From Vairimorpha necatrix (taxonomy: Eukaryota): 64,000 nt of DNA. Location: contig CP142731.1 in NCBI GenBank assembly GCA_036630325.1, positions 248,001-312,000 of the forward strand, read 5' to 3'. Below, in pieces: positions 63,701 through 64,000 of the stretch. The first letter of the stretch is position 1; the number at the start of each line of letters is the position of its first letter. The translations under genes were made by a program, and so were the position numbers. Below the pieces are notes generated by a model that was not told where the DNA came from, did no database searches, and saw only the letters and a list, made by a program, of their open reading frames with translations.

Positions 63701-63743
63701 CTCTTGTTTCCCTGTTCATCCTTGTGTTCGCCATGTTAACCAT
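60723..63743 (-). CDS. Short Gag-CCHC-RT-RNase H-integrase polyprotein with no recognisable protease
   Basis: CFICKKEGHYAREC; YMDD; TDAC/TDH/DADALSR; HEELNH..CEIC; TDNG; ERCIR. Confidence 0.95.
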   Translation of the reverse strand: MVNMANTRMNRETRESRSQEARTLEKEAIRIDKRLKLILKVEKVEWKDVMDLASANLQDYIFENFCDGRSSWEEIYKGLQKGAEFERESEERQEMIKEIMDKVLKEFREERKENLRMYRKRREIRETTKCFICKKEGHYARECHESVAGREKYKIKKEQVLQKEPIINNEGKRCKTVNKLENLIEKYPEVFKESEEKIKYLTGEKCPINTKQGEKVVKRGQNVPYYLRVKFEEYLNKLENRGVIRRSKSEWRSPIRALENPNGDVRLVSNLMALNDLVDKDPYSLPLIKDIMRATQGSKVFTVIDLKEGFYHIEIEEHHKHKTAFEVNGRVYEWNSMVMGFKNSPHIMQRVMNRVLDEFRGKGVEVYMDDIVIHGKDVRVHDELLERVIKKFKECGLRINQTKIQYKKDEVMLLGVTINGEVMGPNEIKKQETLEYRKPENVRELRRFLGLTGWFRDFIPNYAYRTVRLTEALKKDVKWNWTEDMERAFEDMKQGLRDMKKLKIPDGKKLFRVRTDACDTGIGAILLQENKEGEWIPIQWASKMLTPTERRYTISEKEMLAVFFGIKKFESDLRGRKFHLMTDHKALAEIRNKPYFNNNRINRWVEQIQEFDFTIEYVKGELMTDADALSRQYDQVEVSDEQKEKDNKRKEVIEKQILGKKQKHIKEKDGKQYWEFSTGEVKEILSLDSREHEITRVHEELNHRGVKGTYYNIKQRWYWPGMKDHINNVIKNCEICGINNRKNTGGCDFVVTRKKLEKVALDLMDIGGENRYVLLGIDYFTRRLWGSNLRCKESSEVIEVLQKWIREDGFPEEYVTDNGKEFVSNRFKEWCSINDIKHRKVGLEAHRSNGRIERCIRTIRETLIKQNDGNISEKIERAIKGYNNTLHTAIKCTPMEAWRDQTAEVIIENDENGKYAGRFKRRHRETFTVGQEVRIARRENLGTRAKTDKGRFTGRGRIVAISENDSYIVRLLDGKIVKKRHYDLKEIRKSCLEDGETTRLEGGCRV
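63721..63733 (-). promoter_or_regulatory. tRNA primer-binding site of element C
   Basis: TGGCGAACACAAG directly follows the LTR-terminal CA; TGG is complementary to the tRNA CCA end; cognate tRNA not identified. Confidence 0.75.
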
Positions 63744-63771
63744 TTATTTATTAAGGGTTCTAAACCCTACA
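63734..63771 (-). repeat. 5' LTR of element C (38 bp)
   Basis: Identical to 60697-60734; bounded by the TSD and the PBS. Confidence 0.93.
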
Positions 63772-63848
63772 TAAAATAAAAAATTCATAATTTTTTTTCT
63801 ATATATTACTATTAATACATATTCTAAAATTTATTTAACTAAAAAAGT

Positions 63849-63967
63849 AATTACGGCCATATCTACTGTAAAGCACCGGAACTCGTCAGCTCTCCGAAGT
63901 TAAGCCAGTAAGAGCCCCGTGAGTACTGAGATGGGAGACCGCTCGGAAAAGCAGGGTGCTGTAATTT
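63849..63967 (+). rRNA. 5S rRNA: 5S ribosomal RNA
   Basis: TACGGCCATA..., GAAGTTAAGC (box A), AGTACT..ATGGGAGACC (box C); terminal helix AATTACGGC/GCTGTAATT; T4 terminator; ~119 nt. Confidence 0.95.
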
Positions 63968-64000
63968 TATTAAAAAATGAAATCTTAAAAACAATTGTTA

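Larger units (their letters stand above)
60697..63771 (-). mobile_element. Complete minimal Ty3/Gypsy LTR retrotransposon with 38-bp LTRs (element C)
   Basis: Identical LTRs TGTAGGGTTTAGAACCCTTAATAAATAAATGGTTAACA; TSD TAAAA (60692-60696, 63772-63776); PBS TGGCGAACAC; PPT GGAGGGGGGA. Confidence 0.95.

Overview
Very AT-rich, intron-poor eukaryotic DNA. It is almost certainly microsporidian (Nosema/Vairimorpha-like, by inference): CCC motifs sit just upstream of start codons, there is a dispersed 5S rRNA gene, and there is a serpin family. Host genes are a lipin/Pah1 phosphatase, three serpins (one frameshifted), a RanBP1-domain protein, a probable beta-propeller protein, several hypothetical or secreted proteins and some decayed genes. 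Transposable elements occupy much of the window: an R4-like RLE non-LTR element plus two 3' fragments, three complete Ty3/Gypsy LTR elements with TSDs, a Merlin (ISXO2/IS1595-like) DNA transposon and several MITE-like elements. Four observations stand out. (1) An intact 3,075-bp Gypsy element has LTRs of only 38 bp, no recognisable protease and one ORF running from LTR to LTR; it lies 77 bp upstream of the 5S gene, and a decayed second element with ~40-bp LTRs is also present. (2) Two diverged Gypsy elements start gag-pol inside the LTR and carry the same 12-bp palindrome instead of a tRNA primer-binding site. (3) A LINE ends in poly(T) and begins exactly at its ATG. (4) Two serpins have a CrmA-like P1-Asp reactive loop. 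All calls come from reading the sequence by eye; no searches were run.
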